NCBI GenBank assembly: GCA_030059665.1
Contig: JANVYR010000001.1
Location: 313,368-337,367 of the forward strand
Length of the DNA stretch: 24,000 nucleotides
Source: Candidatus Calditenuis fumarioli
GTDB taxonomy: Archaea; Thermoproteota; Nitrososphaeria_A; Caldarchaeales; Calditenuaceae
Direction of reading: 5' to 3'
A program made the position numbers and the translations under genes. Position 1 is the first letter of the stretch, and every line of letters starts with the position of its first letter. The notes beneath the pieces are model-generated. The model saw only the letters and a program-made list of their open reading frames with translations. It had not been told where the DNA came from and made no database searches. Below are positions 1 to 8,095 of this stretch, in pieces.

Positions 1-95
1 AGCGGGAGGTTAAGGGCCTGCTCGATGAGAAGTTCACGGTGATCCATCCCTCCACAGCGCAGGCTCCCAAACCAGTCGTCTCCGAAGAGGGATGA
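1..95 (+). CDS. 3' end of an unidentified CDS (partial, runs off the window)
   Basis: Frame 3 is open from the window edge to TGA at 93-95. It reads ...REVKGLLDEKFTVIHPSTAQAPKPVVSEEG*. Codons are GC3-rich like the neighbouring host genes. No family recognised. Confidence 0.25.
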   Translation, partial: REVKGLLDEKFTVIHPSTAQAPKPVVSEEG

Positions 96-182
96 CCCGG
101 AAGATCCCTGCGTAATACGCTAACCACATCGGGGGATGGACGGAGCTCCTCCGGTGGGTCAAGCCATATCATCGACTCGGCG

Positions 183-461
183 TTGCGAGATCACGTGAAC
201 AGGGTAAGGCTCGGACTGACCGTGTCGCTCCTGGGGGTCACGATGAGCTTCCTGCCACTGATCATAGGCGCCGTCGCCCTCTGGGGAGGAGCGGACTTCG
301 TGTTCCAGCTCTTCACGGTTGGCAACGGCGCGACCATGCACGTCCCCCTCTCGTTGGTCTTCTGCGCGGTCTCAGTACCCGTCACGCTGCTCGGCCTCTC
401 GGTGTTCAGGCGATCGATCAGGCAGATGGTTCGCGAGGTGCAGGGCTCAGGCGGTACCTGA
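183..461 (+). CDS. small hydrophobic protein (2-3 predicted TM helices), unknown function
   Basis: 92-codon ORF with strongly GC3-biased codons. Hydrophobic stretches are LGLTVSLLGVTMSFLPLIIGAVALW and LSLVFCAVSVPVTLLGLSVF. The start is uncertain (TTG 183, GTG 195 or ATG 243). It overlaps the convergent sucC 3' end by 15 nt. Confidence 0.4.
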   Translation: MRDHVNRVRLGLTVSLLGVTMSFLPLIIGAVALWGGADFVFQLFTVGNGATMHVPLSLVFCAVSVPVTLLGLSVFRRSIRQMVREVQGSGGT

Positions 462-1571
462 TGCCAGCTCGACGGCCCTCCTCGCCGCCTCCTCCATCGA
501 CCTGAAGAACTCGTACCCGTTCTCTCTGAGGATCCTCTGTCCCTCCTCCTCCCTCGTGCCGACCAACCTGACCACGAGCCTGACTTCCTTCCCGGACTCC
601 CGGATGCCTCTCACGAGGCCGAGCGCCACCTCGTCGCATCGCGTTATGCCGCCGAGCACGTTCACGAACACCACCCTGATCCCCTCCTTCTGCAGGAGGA
701 ACCTGACGGCCTTCTCGACCCTTTCGGCGTTCGCGCCGCCTCCAATGTCGAGGAAGTTCGCGGGCCTGCCGCCGTAATGCTTGATGAGGTCCATCGTAGC
801 CATCGTGAGGCCTGCGCCGTTGCAGATCACGCCGATGTCGCCGTCGAGCTCGACGTAGCTGAAGCCCAGATCCCTCGCCACGTCCTCAGGCCCCTTCTCC
901 CTCTCGAAGGGCATGCCCTTAACCCTGACGAAGTTGTCGTCGATGATCACCTTCGCGTCGAGCGCCATCAGCCTATTCCTCTCGTCGACCACCAGGGGGT
1001 TGATCTCGGCGAGCTCGCAACCGTAATCCGAGTAGAGCGAGTAGAGGCCCGTGAGGACCCGCTCGCAATCCGCGGCAGCCTCGCCCTCAAGCCCGAGGAA
1101 CCGCACGGCCTTCCTCACGTGATAGCTCCGGAGGCCGACGATGGGATCGATCGGGACGCGCAGGACGCTCTCAGGATGCTTGGCCGCTATCTCCTCGATG
1201 TCGACCCCTCCCATCGGTGAGACCAGGAGCAGGTGGCCCCTGTTGGTCCTGTCCGCGGTCAGCGACAGGTAAAGTTCTCTCCCGAATCCGATCAGTTCTG
1301 CCACCAGAAGCTTCCTGACGACCTCGCCCTTCAGCGACGCGCCGAGCATCAATCTGGCGACCGCCTCCGCCTCATCAGGGGACCCGACGACCCTTATCCC
1401 GCCGGCTTTACCCCTACCTCCCACGAGGACCTGCGCCTTCAGCACAGCTCTTCCGCCGAGCTCGACGACGGCCTTCCTGACGTCCTGGGGTGAGGACGCG
1501 ACGATCGATCTGGGAACCGGTATGCCGTAGGACCTGAAGAGCTCGACGGCCTCATGCTCGTAGAGCTTCAT
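447..1571 (-). CDS. sucC: succinyl-CoA synthetase (ADP-forming) beta subunit / ATP-grasp CoA-ligase large subunit
   Basis: Starts MKLYEHEAVELFRSYGIPVP at ATG 1571, which is internal to the 447..1628 ORF. It has an ATP-grasp N-terminal half (VLKAQVLVGGRGKAGGI) and the C-terminal CoA-ligase motifs ICNGAGLTMATMD, ANFLDIGGGA and VNVLGGITRCDEVA. Confidence 0.85.
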   Translation of the reverse strand: MKLYEHEAVELFRSYGIPVPRSIVASSPQDVRKAVVELGGRAVLKAQVLVGGRGKAGGIRVVGSPDEAEAVARLMLGASLKGEVVRKLLVAELIGFGRELYLSLTADRTNRGHLLLVSPMGGVDIEEIAAKHPESVLRVPIDPIVGLRSYHVRKAVRFLGLEGEAAADCERVLTGLYSLYSDYGCELAEINPLVVDERNRLMALDAKVIIDDNFVRVKGMPFEREKGPEDVARDLGFSYVELDGDIGVICNGAGLTMATMDLIKHYGGRPANFLDIGGGANAERVEKAVRFLLQKEGIRVVFVNVLGGITRCDEVALGLVRGIRESGKEVRLVVRLVGTREEEGQRILRENGYEFFRSMEEAARRAVELASGTA

Positions 1572-1599
1572 GCTCCCTGCTCCCGACCGTCGGGGACGA

Positions 1600-1607
1600 C
1601 TTAAACT
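1600..1607 (-). promoter_or_regulatory. TATA-like box (AGTTTAAG on the minus strand) upstream of sucC
   Basis: The only A/T-rich element in the 85-bp nurA-sucC gap. It is centred about 33 nt upstream of ATG 1571, consistent with a leaderless or short-leader archaeal mRNA. Confidence 0.35.
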
Positions 1608-1656
1608 CCTCGACCCCGTTAGGAGCACACGTGATCGGCCGCGACCGCGGAGGAGG

Positions 1657-2943
1657 TCACTCGAACTCCTTCTGAGGGTTGATCTTGCTGAAGACTGCCC
1701 TCATCCTGCTGAGGTCGAGGCCCCGGGAGAGGAGAATTCCCTCCACCTCCTCCACGAACTCCCTCCCGATGCCTCGGGGCAGCGAGATCAGCTCGTCCAC
1801 GAGGTCCAGGGCCAGGGGAAGGCCAGTTGCGGGGTTGGCGGTCTCGAACGCGTAGGTCACCGCGAGTTCGACCGTCTCGGCATCGACGCCCTTCGGGAAC
1901 TCGATGCAGACCGGCGGCTGGTCCGGCACGGTCCTGAGGAAGACGCGCTTCGTCGAGAGGACGGTTTCGAGAATCCTTGCCTTTCTCTCCTCCGGCTCAT
2001 CCGTCCCGCGATGGAGGAGGTCCGTGACGATCTGGTTGCTGACCCGCCTCCAGGATTCTTTGTACAGTTCATTCACGTTCACCTCCTTTCCCCTCCTACG
2101 CCGCTCGTGGATCATGCCCGAGAGCGCCGATAAGACCTCCGGTGGGTTCTCTGGACCCAGAAGCTCGCTCATGTCCAGGACCTGGCCGACCTCCATCGCA
2201 AGCGTCAGGATCGACCTGTCCGTGAGACCAGTCGTCAATTCCGCGTTGCCGGTGCGGTGCGCGACGTAGCCGTCGATGGCCGAGGTGGCAACCCTCTTCA
2301 CGACCCCGAAGGCCCTGCCCGACTGGAGGAGTTTCTCCGTCATCCTCACCAGCTCGTCGATCAGCTGATGCGTTTCGCGGAAGGTCTTCTGCGTGACGGG
2401 ATCGGTCCAGTTCAGCTCGAGGTGCTTGACCCTGCTGCACCCTGCCCTGAACCCCCAGAAGGAGCCGTCGATGACCACGTAGTCGACTCTTTTGTCCTCG
2501 AGGGCCTTGACGGCGTAGAGCCTCTCCAGGTACGTCGTGACCAGGTCTAGGGTCTTGGCGAAGTCCTCTCGGGAGGTGTGATGGGTGCCCCTGAGGGCGT
2601 CGCCGACGTACCACTCGGCCTCCGGGATCTGCCCGATGCCCCTGAAGTCCTTACGGCACGCGGCCACCAGCCCAAGCCTCAGGCCTATCCTCTCGTCGAT
2701 GGAGGGCGTGTCGGAACCGTCCACGACGGCGAAGACCTTATCCCTCCACTCGGGCCTTTCGGCGCCATCGGCGCGAGACCTCAGCAGCGGCACCAGGAGC
2801 TCGAAGGCCCTCCGGATCGGTTCGCTGACGACCGACAGCTCGCTTAGTATCCTCTCGGCCTCCTTCTTCGCCAGCTCGAAGTAGGCCTCCTGTAGGGGTC
2901 GCGGTATCCTCAGGATCTCCGGGATCTCCTCCTCAGCCTCCAC
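1657..2943 (-). CDS. nurA: NurA-family 5'-3' nuclease
   Basis: 428 aa with the NurA-type catalytic aspartate motifs VFAVVDGSD and DYVVIDGSFWGF. GTG start at 2943 overlaps the herA stop by 11 nt, giving operon coupling with a HerA ATPase, the canonical partner. Confidence 0.8.
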   Translation of the reverse strand: MEAEEEIPEILRIPRPLQEAYFELAKKEAERILSELSVVSEPIRRAFELLVPLLRSRADGAERPEWRDKVFAVVDGSDTPSIDERIGLRLGLVAACRKDFRGIGQIPEAEWYVGDALRGTHHTSREDFAKTLDLVTTYLERLYAVKALEDKRVDYVVIDGSFWGFRAGCSRVKHLELNWTDPVTQKTFRETHQLIDELVRMTEKLLQSGRAFGVVKRVATSAIDGYVAHRTGNAELTTGLTDRSILTLAMEVGQVLDMSELLGPENPPEVLSALSGMIHERRRRGKEVNVNELYKESWRRVSNQIVTDLLHRGTDEPEERKARILETVLSTKRVFLRTVPDQPPVCIEFPKGVDAETVELAVTYAFETANPATGLPLALDLVDELISLPRGIGREFVEEVEGILLSRGLDLSRMRAVFSKINPQKEFE

Positions 2944-4450
2944 CCCATCCCACCCTCTCGTGCTCCGGTATCTCGAAGGTCATCAGGAGCGGAACCGGTG
3001 ACGGGTTGACCTTCCCCACGATGTAGAAGTGACCCTCCGGCAGCCTCAGCAGGCTGTCGCTGGTGACGAAGGAGTTGGCGAAGTACCTCTCGGCCTCCGG
3101 CGCGTCGAGCGGGTGGATCCTTCCGATGAAGAGCGTGTTGAGGTTCCTCCGGACGGCCGCGTTGATCCCTATCTCGCCTGCTATGCCCTGGGAGACCAGC
3201 GTCAGGGAGAGCTTGTACGACCTTCCCAGCGCAGCGAGCTCGATCAGGGTCTTCGTCGTCTTCTCCTCGAGACCCCTGGGCTGCCACGGACAGTACTGCG
3301 GTGCCTCGTCGATCAGCAGGGCTATCCTCAGCTCGTTCTTCTCCTCCATCAGCCGCTTGAGGTACCTGGTCAGGGAGAGGAAGACGGAGAGCTTCTGCTC
3401 CTTCGAGCCGTAGGAGAGGTCCATCACCAGCACGCCCTTCTCCCTCAACAGCTGTATGATTTCGCTCGGCTTCATCGTTCCCATCAGGGGCTTCAGATCA
3501 TCGGGCGAGAGCCTCTCGAACGCGCGCATCGCCTTCCGCTGGTAGATGTAACCCCATCTGCCCAGCTTCCCGGTCGGCTCGAGGTTGTCCTCCTTGATTA
3601 CGTCGAGGAGGTTGTAGAGCAGCCTCTCTTTCGTCTCCGTCGCAGTCCTACCGCGCCATTCCGACGTCGAAATCACCTCCTCTAGGTAGCTCACCATGCG
3701 CATGCCGGAGTCGCCGCCTCCGAAGTATCCCAGAGCCTCCGCGAGGTAGGAGACGACGGCGCTGTCGTCGAGCTCCACATCGCCCATGCTGATCACGTTA
3801 TCGGGGTAGTACGGCGCGTAGTCGCTCCCCTTCCAGTCCAGCACGAGGACGTCGTACCCGTACTCCCTCAGAAGTGGTATCAGCTGGTACCTGCATAGGA
3901 ACGACTTGCCCGAACCGGTCACGCCGAAGACGCCTATGTGGTGTGATAGGTAATCGGCCATCAGCGGTATCGTCCAGCTCTTGTGACCCTTCGCGTAGTA
4001 CCCGACGGTGAACCTGGACCTGTACAGGAAGTTCATGGGGTTGAGGCGCTCGTTGAACCGGTAGACAGGAGAGCCGGGTGCAATGATCATCGTGTTCTGC
4101 TTGACGGTTCCGTCGGTCACGTCACCTATCACCACCAGCCTGAAGCCGAAGTACTCCTTCGAGCTGCTGGGTCCGTGACCCCTCTTGGCGTAGGCGATGC
4201 CGGGCGTGTATGCGGAGGTCCTGAGGGCGTCGTTGTACCCGAACCCTCCCCTGCAGACCGCGAGTATCTTGTTCCCTGCCCTGTTGTCGATCAGCACGAG
4301 CGTCTCGTTGGTGACGGTCCCCTCCTTCCCCTCCTGGAGGACCATGATGGCGCTGTTCTCCGTGGACTGGCTCGCTATCACGCCGATCTGCTCGAGCGAC
4401 TTAGTCCAGCTGCTCCAGTCGATCCCCTCCTCTCCACCCATCCGCACCAT
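2933..4450 (-). CDS. herA: HerA-type hexameric DNA translocase/helicase (DUF87 ATPase)
   Basis: 505 aa. Has an N-terminal HAS-barrel-like region, Walker A GVFGVTGSGKS and Walker B IALLIDEAPQY, and is coupled to nurA. ATG 4441 (MGGEEG) is an alternative start that fits the TATA spacing better. Confidence 0.85.
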   Translation of the reverse strand: MVRMGGEEGIDWSSWTKSLEQIGVIASQSTENSAIMVLQEGKEGTVTNETLVLIDNRAGNKILAVCRGGFGYNDALRTSAYTPGIAYAKRGHGPSSSKEYFGFRLVVIGDVTDGTVKQNTMIIAPGSPVYRFNERLNPMNFLYRSRFTVGYYAKGHKSWTIPLMADYLSHHIGVFGVTGSGKSFLCRYQLIPLLREYGYDVLVLDWKGSDYAPYYPDNVISMGDVELDDSAVVSYLAEALGYFGGGDSGMRMVSYLEEVISTSEWRGRTATETKERLLYNLLDVIKEDNLEPTGKLGRWGYIYQRKAMRAFERLSPDDLKPLMGTMKPSEIIQLLREKGVLVMDLSYGSKEQKLSVFLSLTRYLKRLMEEKNELRIALLIDEAPQYCPWQPRGLEEKTTKTLIELAALGRSYKLSLTLVSQGIAGEIGINAAVRRNLNTLFIGRIHPLDAPEAERYFANSFVTSDSLLRLPEGHFYIVGKVNPSPVPLLMTFEIPEHERVGWGGG

Positions 4451-4467
4451 GAGGCCTATCCCGAATG

Positions 4468-4473
4468 ATATAA
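4468..4473. promoter_or_regulatory. near-palindromic TATA element (ATATAA) in the herA / DUF763 divergent intergenic region
   Basis: The only A/T-rich hexamer in the 78-bp divergent gap. It lies about 27 nt upstream of the herA ATG at 4441 on the minus strand. It could also serve the plus-strand DUF763 gene, with a longer leader. Confidence 0.35.
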
Positions 4474-4528
4474 GCTCCGATGCGCACGAACCCGGGTCAC
4501 GGAAAGGCTATTGAGATGTTGAGGGAAG

Positions 4529-5668
4529 TTGGATATTGGAGTGAGGAGGGTCGGTACCGCTCGGCTCTGGCTGGTGGAGGGCCCAGTACCCCACTTCAGG
4601 GAGATGGTGGAGCTGGGACGCGAGATCGTGCGGGCCCTCGTCGAGGTGAGAGGACCTGCGGAGACGGTCAGGCTCTTCTCCGACCCCCACTGGCTCACTG
4701 CCCTCTCCTGCGTTCTCGGCTTCGAGTGGGACACGAGCGGCCAGACGACGGTCACGCTCAGGGCGATCAAGGAAGGCCTGAAGGGGACCGAGATCCCGGT
4801 TAGGGTGCTCGGCGGCAAGGGCGAGGAGATGAGGTGGGTTCCCTACGAGGTCGAGCGGGAGCTGAGGCACCTGGACGTGGATGACCCCGACGAGATCGCG
4901 ACCGTCTCGAGGCTCACGTGCAGCGTCGACGAGTCGGCACTTCAGGACTCCTACCACGTTTACTTCCACGCGGTGGTGGTCTCGGAGGGAGGCGAGTGGT
5001 CGGTCGTGAATCAGGGGATGAACGTTAACGACCTGACAGCGAGGCGCTACCACTGGTCGTCTTCCGTCGGAGCCTCATCGGAGGGGCACTACTCCGCAAT
5101 CTACTCCGAGCGGACGGAGGAGATCGTGCTGGACATGACCAGCCCCGAGTCGAAGGAGACCAGGGAGACGATCTTAGAGGTTTTGAGGGACACGCCGCCG
5201 AGCGACATCAGGCAGGACCTGATCAGGGCTAAGGCGATGCTGAAGGGCCAGAGGACCCTCGACGAGGAGGGGCCGATCCCTGTAGCCCGACCGGCCGAGA
5301 TACCCGAGCACCTGAGGCCGCCGCACGACCTGGACGTCGAGGTGCTGAGGAGGGCGAAGAACGTCGGGTCCTTCGACGAGCTCCTCCTGACGAAGGGGGT
5401 CGGTCCTGCTACGATCAGGGGACTTGCGTACGTCTCGGTCCTCGTTTACGGATCACGGGCCTCCTGGAAGGACCCTGCGAGGTTCGCGTACGCCCACGGC
5501 ACCAAGAGCGGCAGGCCCTATCCGGTCAACAGGAGGGCGATGAGGGAGGTGGCCGCGGTGCTGAGGGAGGCGGTGATGGCCTCGAGGCTCGGCGATCCCG
5601 AGAAGCTGCAGGCGCTGAGGCGCCTCGCTGCCCTCCTTCAGGAGTCGGAGGGTTCGGGCTCCAACTGA
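4529..5668 (+). CDS. DUF763-family protein with a C-terminal helix-hairpin-helix-like motif
   Basis: Recognised DUF763 signature blocks: FSDPHWLTALSCVLGFEWDTSGQTTV, VVNQGMNVNDLTARRYHW and YAHGTKSGRPYPVNRRAM. An HhH-like LLLTKGVGPATIRGLAYV is present. The start could be TTG 4529 or GTG 4541 (MRRVGTA...). Confidence 0.7.
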   Translation: MDIGVRRVGTARLWLVEGPVPHFREMVELGREIVRALVEVRGPAETVRLFSDPHWLTALSCVLGFEWDTSGQTTVTLRAIKEGLKGTEIPVRVLGGKGEEMRWVPYEVERELRHLDVDDPDEIATVSRLTCSVDESALQDSYHVYFHAVVVSEGGEWSVVNQGMNVNDLTARRYHWSSSVGASSEGHYSAIYSERTEEIVLDMTSPESKETRETILEVLRDTPPSDIRQDLIRAKAMLKGQRTLDEEGPIPVARPAEIPEHLRPPHDLDVEVLRRAKNVGSFDELLLTKGVGPATIRGLAYVSVLVYGSRASWKDPARFAYAHGTKSGRPYPVNRRAMREVAAVLREAVMASRLGDPEKLQALRRLAALLQESEGSGSN

Positions 5669-5727
5669 CGGGAACGTCAGCTCTGCGCGGACCAGACGTC
5701 TTGCTGTTGAGTGGGACGATCGCTTAC

Positions 5728-5740
5728 TCCGGATACCGGA
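5728..5740. promoter_or_regulatory. palindrome TCCGG-ATA-CCGGA upstream of the etf TATA box (candidate operator)
   Basis: Perfect 5+5 inverted repeat with a 3-nt spacer, 13 nt upstream of TATAAAA. The function is inferred from position only. Confidence 0.2.
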
Positions 5741-5752
5741 TCTGAGGCACCT

Positions 5753-5759
5753 ATAAAAC
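5753..5759 (+). promoter_or_regulatory. TATA box (TATAAAA) of the etfB-etfA-fixCX operon
   Basis: Canonical TATAAAA about 40 nt upstream of ATG 5799. A GGAGG Shine-Dalgarno-like element sits at 5791-5795. Confidence 0.5.
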
Positions 5760-5798
5760 ATCCCGCTAATCCAATGTCGATCGAGGCGAGGGAGGTTC

Positions 5799-7001
5799 AT
5801 GCTGGTCTTCCTGTTGACGAAGGCGGTGCCAGCGAGGACCACGAGGGTCGTGACCGTGGGCGGGGTTCTTCGGAGGGAGGAGATGGATCTCGTAATCAAC
5901 CCGCTCGACTTCAAGGCCCTCCAGGCGGCGGACTATGCGAAGAGGTACAACGGTGGCAAGCTCATCGCGGTCAGCATGGGCCCGGACTTCAAGGTCAAAC
6001 CGCTCCTCTCGGAGCTGTACTCCCACCCGATCGAGGGGGTTGACGAGGCGATCGTTCTGAGCGACCGGAGGATGGCGGGTGCGGACACCTGGGCCACAGC
6101 TTACACTCTCTCGCTGGGGGTGAAGAAGGCGCTCGACCTGAACAGGGGAGCGGTGGAGGAGGTCTTAGAGCTGGTCGAGTCTGGCGCATCGGGCGAGAAG
6201 GTCCTGGAGAGAGCGCGGGAGCTCTATCACGCTAATCTCCTCCCCAACCTGGTCTACACCGAGAAGCCCGGTCTTCCGGAGGGAGTGGTCCAGCGGTACG
6301 CGAAGGGGAGGGCCACGGTCGAGGAGGTCAGGGAAGCGCTGCTGAAGGTGAGGACCGAGCTGGAGAGGTTCCTGATTGTGGCCGGCCTGAAGACCTCGGA
6401 CGGCGAGACAGGCAGCACCGGACCCCAGACCGCGGAGGCCCTCTCCGACGCCCTCGGAAGGAAGATCCCGGACATAACCCACGTTGTGGACTTCGAGGTC
6501 GACGCTGAATCGGGGACTCTTGTCGCGGTGAGGAAGACCGGATCGTACCTCCAGAGGCTCAGGTCCCCGCTGCCCTGCGTCATCACGATCATGCCGGATT
6601 ACAGGGCCGGGGTGACACCTGTCCTGAGGCGAAAGAGGGCCGCGCTCTACTCGTACAGGGGAAAGGTGAGGGAGGTGAGGGTCTGGAACGCCGATGACAT
6701 AGGCGCCGACCCGTCGAAGATAGGGCTCGCGGGGTCGCCGACCATCGTGGGCCCTGGCATCGACATAGGAGGGCCGCCCGTGCAGAAGTTCGTCGGCAGA
6801 ACGAGGGTCTTCACGCAGAGGGTCGAGGCCTTCGAGTTCAACGGCAAAACCTACGGGCCCTTCGAGCGGTTCGCGAAGGCTGACGACCTGCCGGAGGAGC
6901 TGGTCCGCGAGCTGGAGGCAAAGGGTCTGGTCAAACGGTTCGATCTCCGGGACCTCCTGGAGGAGGTGTTCGGAGGTGTCCTCGTCGCAGCAAAGCATTG
7001 A
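5799..7001 (+). CDS. etfB: electron transfer flavoprotein beta subunit (FixA/EtfB), atypically long (400 aa)
   Basis: EtfB blocks: INPLDFKALQAADYAK, IAVSMGP, VLSDRRMAGADTWATAYTL, IVAGLKTSDGETGSTGPQTAEAL and IGLAGSPT. An extra segment of about 80 aa (residues ~112-190) interrupts the fold. Confidence 0.8.
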   Translation: MLVFLLTKAVPARTTRVVTVGGVLRREEMDLVINPLDFKALQAADYAKRYNGGKLIAVSMGPDFKVKPLLSELYSHPIEGVDEAIVLSDRRMAGADTWATAYTLSLGVKKALDLNRGAVEEVLELVESGASGEKVLERARELYHANLLPNLVYTEKPGLPEGVVQRYAKGRATVEEVREALLKVRTELERFLIVAGLKTSDGETGSTGPQTAEALSDALGRKIPDITHVVDFEVDAESGTLVAVRKTGSYLQRLRSPLPCVITIMPDYRAGVTPVLRRKRAALYSYRGKVREVRVWNADDIGADPSKIGLAGSPTIVGPGIDIGGPPVQKFVGRTRVFTQRVEAFEFNGKTYGPFERFAKADDLPEELVRELEAKGLVKRFDLRDLLEEVFGGVLVAAKH

Positions 7002-8094
7002 GGTCAGGATCGAGGGCTACAGGGACGTCTGGGTGTACTGCGAGCACGAGGACGGGAAGCTGACGAGGCCCACGACCGAGGTCATAGCTGGAGCCAGGAA
7101 GGTGGCCGACAAGGTGGGGATGGACGTCGTCGGCGTCCTCATCGGGTACAACCTCGGCGACCTGGTGAGAGAACCGATCTACTACGGAGCCGACAAGGTG
7201 ATCTACTGCGACGACCCGAGGCTGAAGGACTACCAGGTGCTGCCCTACACAACCGTCCTATCGGACATGGTGATGCAGCTGAAGCCGTGGGCGCTCCTCT
7301 TCGTCACCAGCGAGATCGGCAAGGACCTCGGCCCGAGGGTCGCATACAGGACGAGGACCGGGCTGGCGGCGGACGTGATCGACCTCGTAGTTGAGGACTT
7401 CGTGATGAACCTCCCAACCGGAAGGTACGTGTACAAGGACTGCATCGCGCAGGTCAGACCAGACTTCGCCACGAGGATAGCCAAGATCTTCACGCCGAAG
7501 CACAGGCCCCAGATCAGCAGCGTGAGACCCGGGAACTTCACGCCGTTGCCGAGGGACGAGTCGAGGAGGGGAGAGATCGTGAGGTGGGAGCCGAGGTTCG
7601 ATGAGGACGACTTCCAGGTCGAGGTCCTCGAGACCGTGAGGGTTCCCAAGAGCGAGGTCAAGCTGGAGGAGGCCAAGGTGGTGATCAGTCTGGGGCTCGG
7701 TGTGCTCAGGGACGCCTCGGGCAGGCCGAGGAACCCGAGGGAGGCCTACGAGCTCGCGAAACAGTTGGCCGACCTGATCAGGGAGAAGTTCGGCGTCGAG
7801 ACCGAGATTGGCGCCAGCAGGGCCCTCATATACGCTGAGTTGAAGGAGCTCGAGGGCCTGATAACCAAGGACCGTCAGGTGGGACAGACCGGCAAGACGA
7901 TAGCTCCGGACGTCTACATCGCGCTCGGCATCAGCGGCGCCCTCCAGCACAGGGTCGGGATGCAGAGGTCGAAGAAGATCATCGCGGTCAACGTAGACCC
8001 GAACGCCCCCATCTTCCAGATAGCGCACTACGGCTACGTCGGGGACCTCTACGAGTTCCTGCCCAAGGCGATCGAGATCCTGAGGTCGATGTGA
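6976..8094 (+). CDS. etfA: electron transfer flavoprotein alpha subunit (FixB/EtfA)
   Basis: GTG start, 10 nt after AGGAGG, overlapping the etfB end by 26 nt. C-terminal FAD-binding blocks are GASRALIYAE, QVGQTGKTIAPDVYIALGISGALQH and IIAVNVDPNAPIFQIAHYGYVGDLYEFLP. Confidence 0.85.
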   Translation: MSSSQQSIEVRIEGYRDVWVYCEHEDGKLTRPTTEVIAGARKVADKVGMDVVGVLIGYNLGDLVREPIYYGADKVIYCDDPRLKDYQVLPYTTVLSDMVMQLKPWALLFVTSEIGKDLGPRVAYRTRTGLAADVIDLVVEDFVMNLPTGRYVYKDCIAQVRPDFATRIAKIFTPKHRPQISSVRPGNFTPLPRDESRRGEIVRWEPRFDEDDFQVEVLETVRVPKSEVKLEEAKVVISLGLGVLRDASGRPRNPREAYELAKQLADLIREKFGVETEIGASRALIYAELKELEGLITKDRQVGQTGKTIAPDVYIALGISGALQHRVGMQRSKKIIAVNVDPNAPIFQIAHYGYVGDLYEFLPKAIEILRSM

Positions 8095-8095
8095 G

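Noticed and set aside
5731-5740. The 10-mer GGATACCGGA is shared between the etf promoter palindrome (5731-5740) and the element's divergent intergenic region (20941-20950).
   Set aside because: Hundreds of chance 10-mer matches are expected among all position pairs in 24 kb. The flanking bases do not match, and the second copy is not palindromic.
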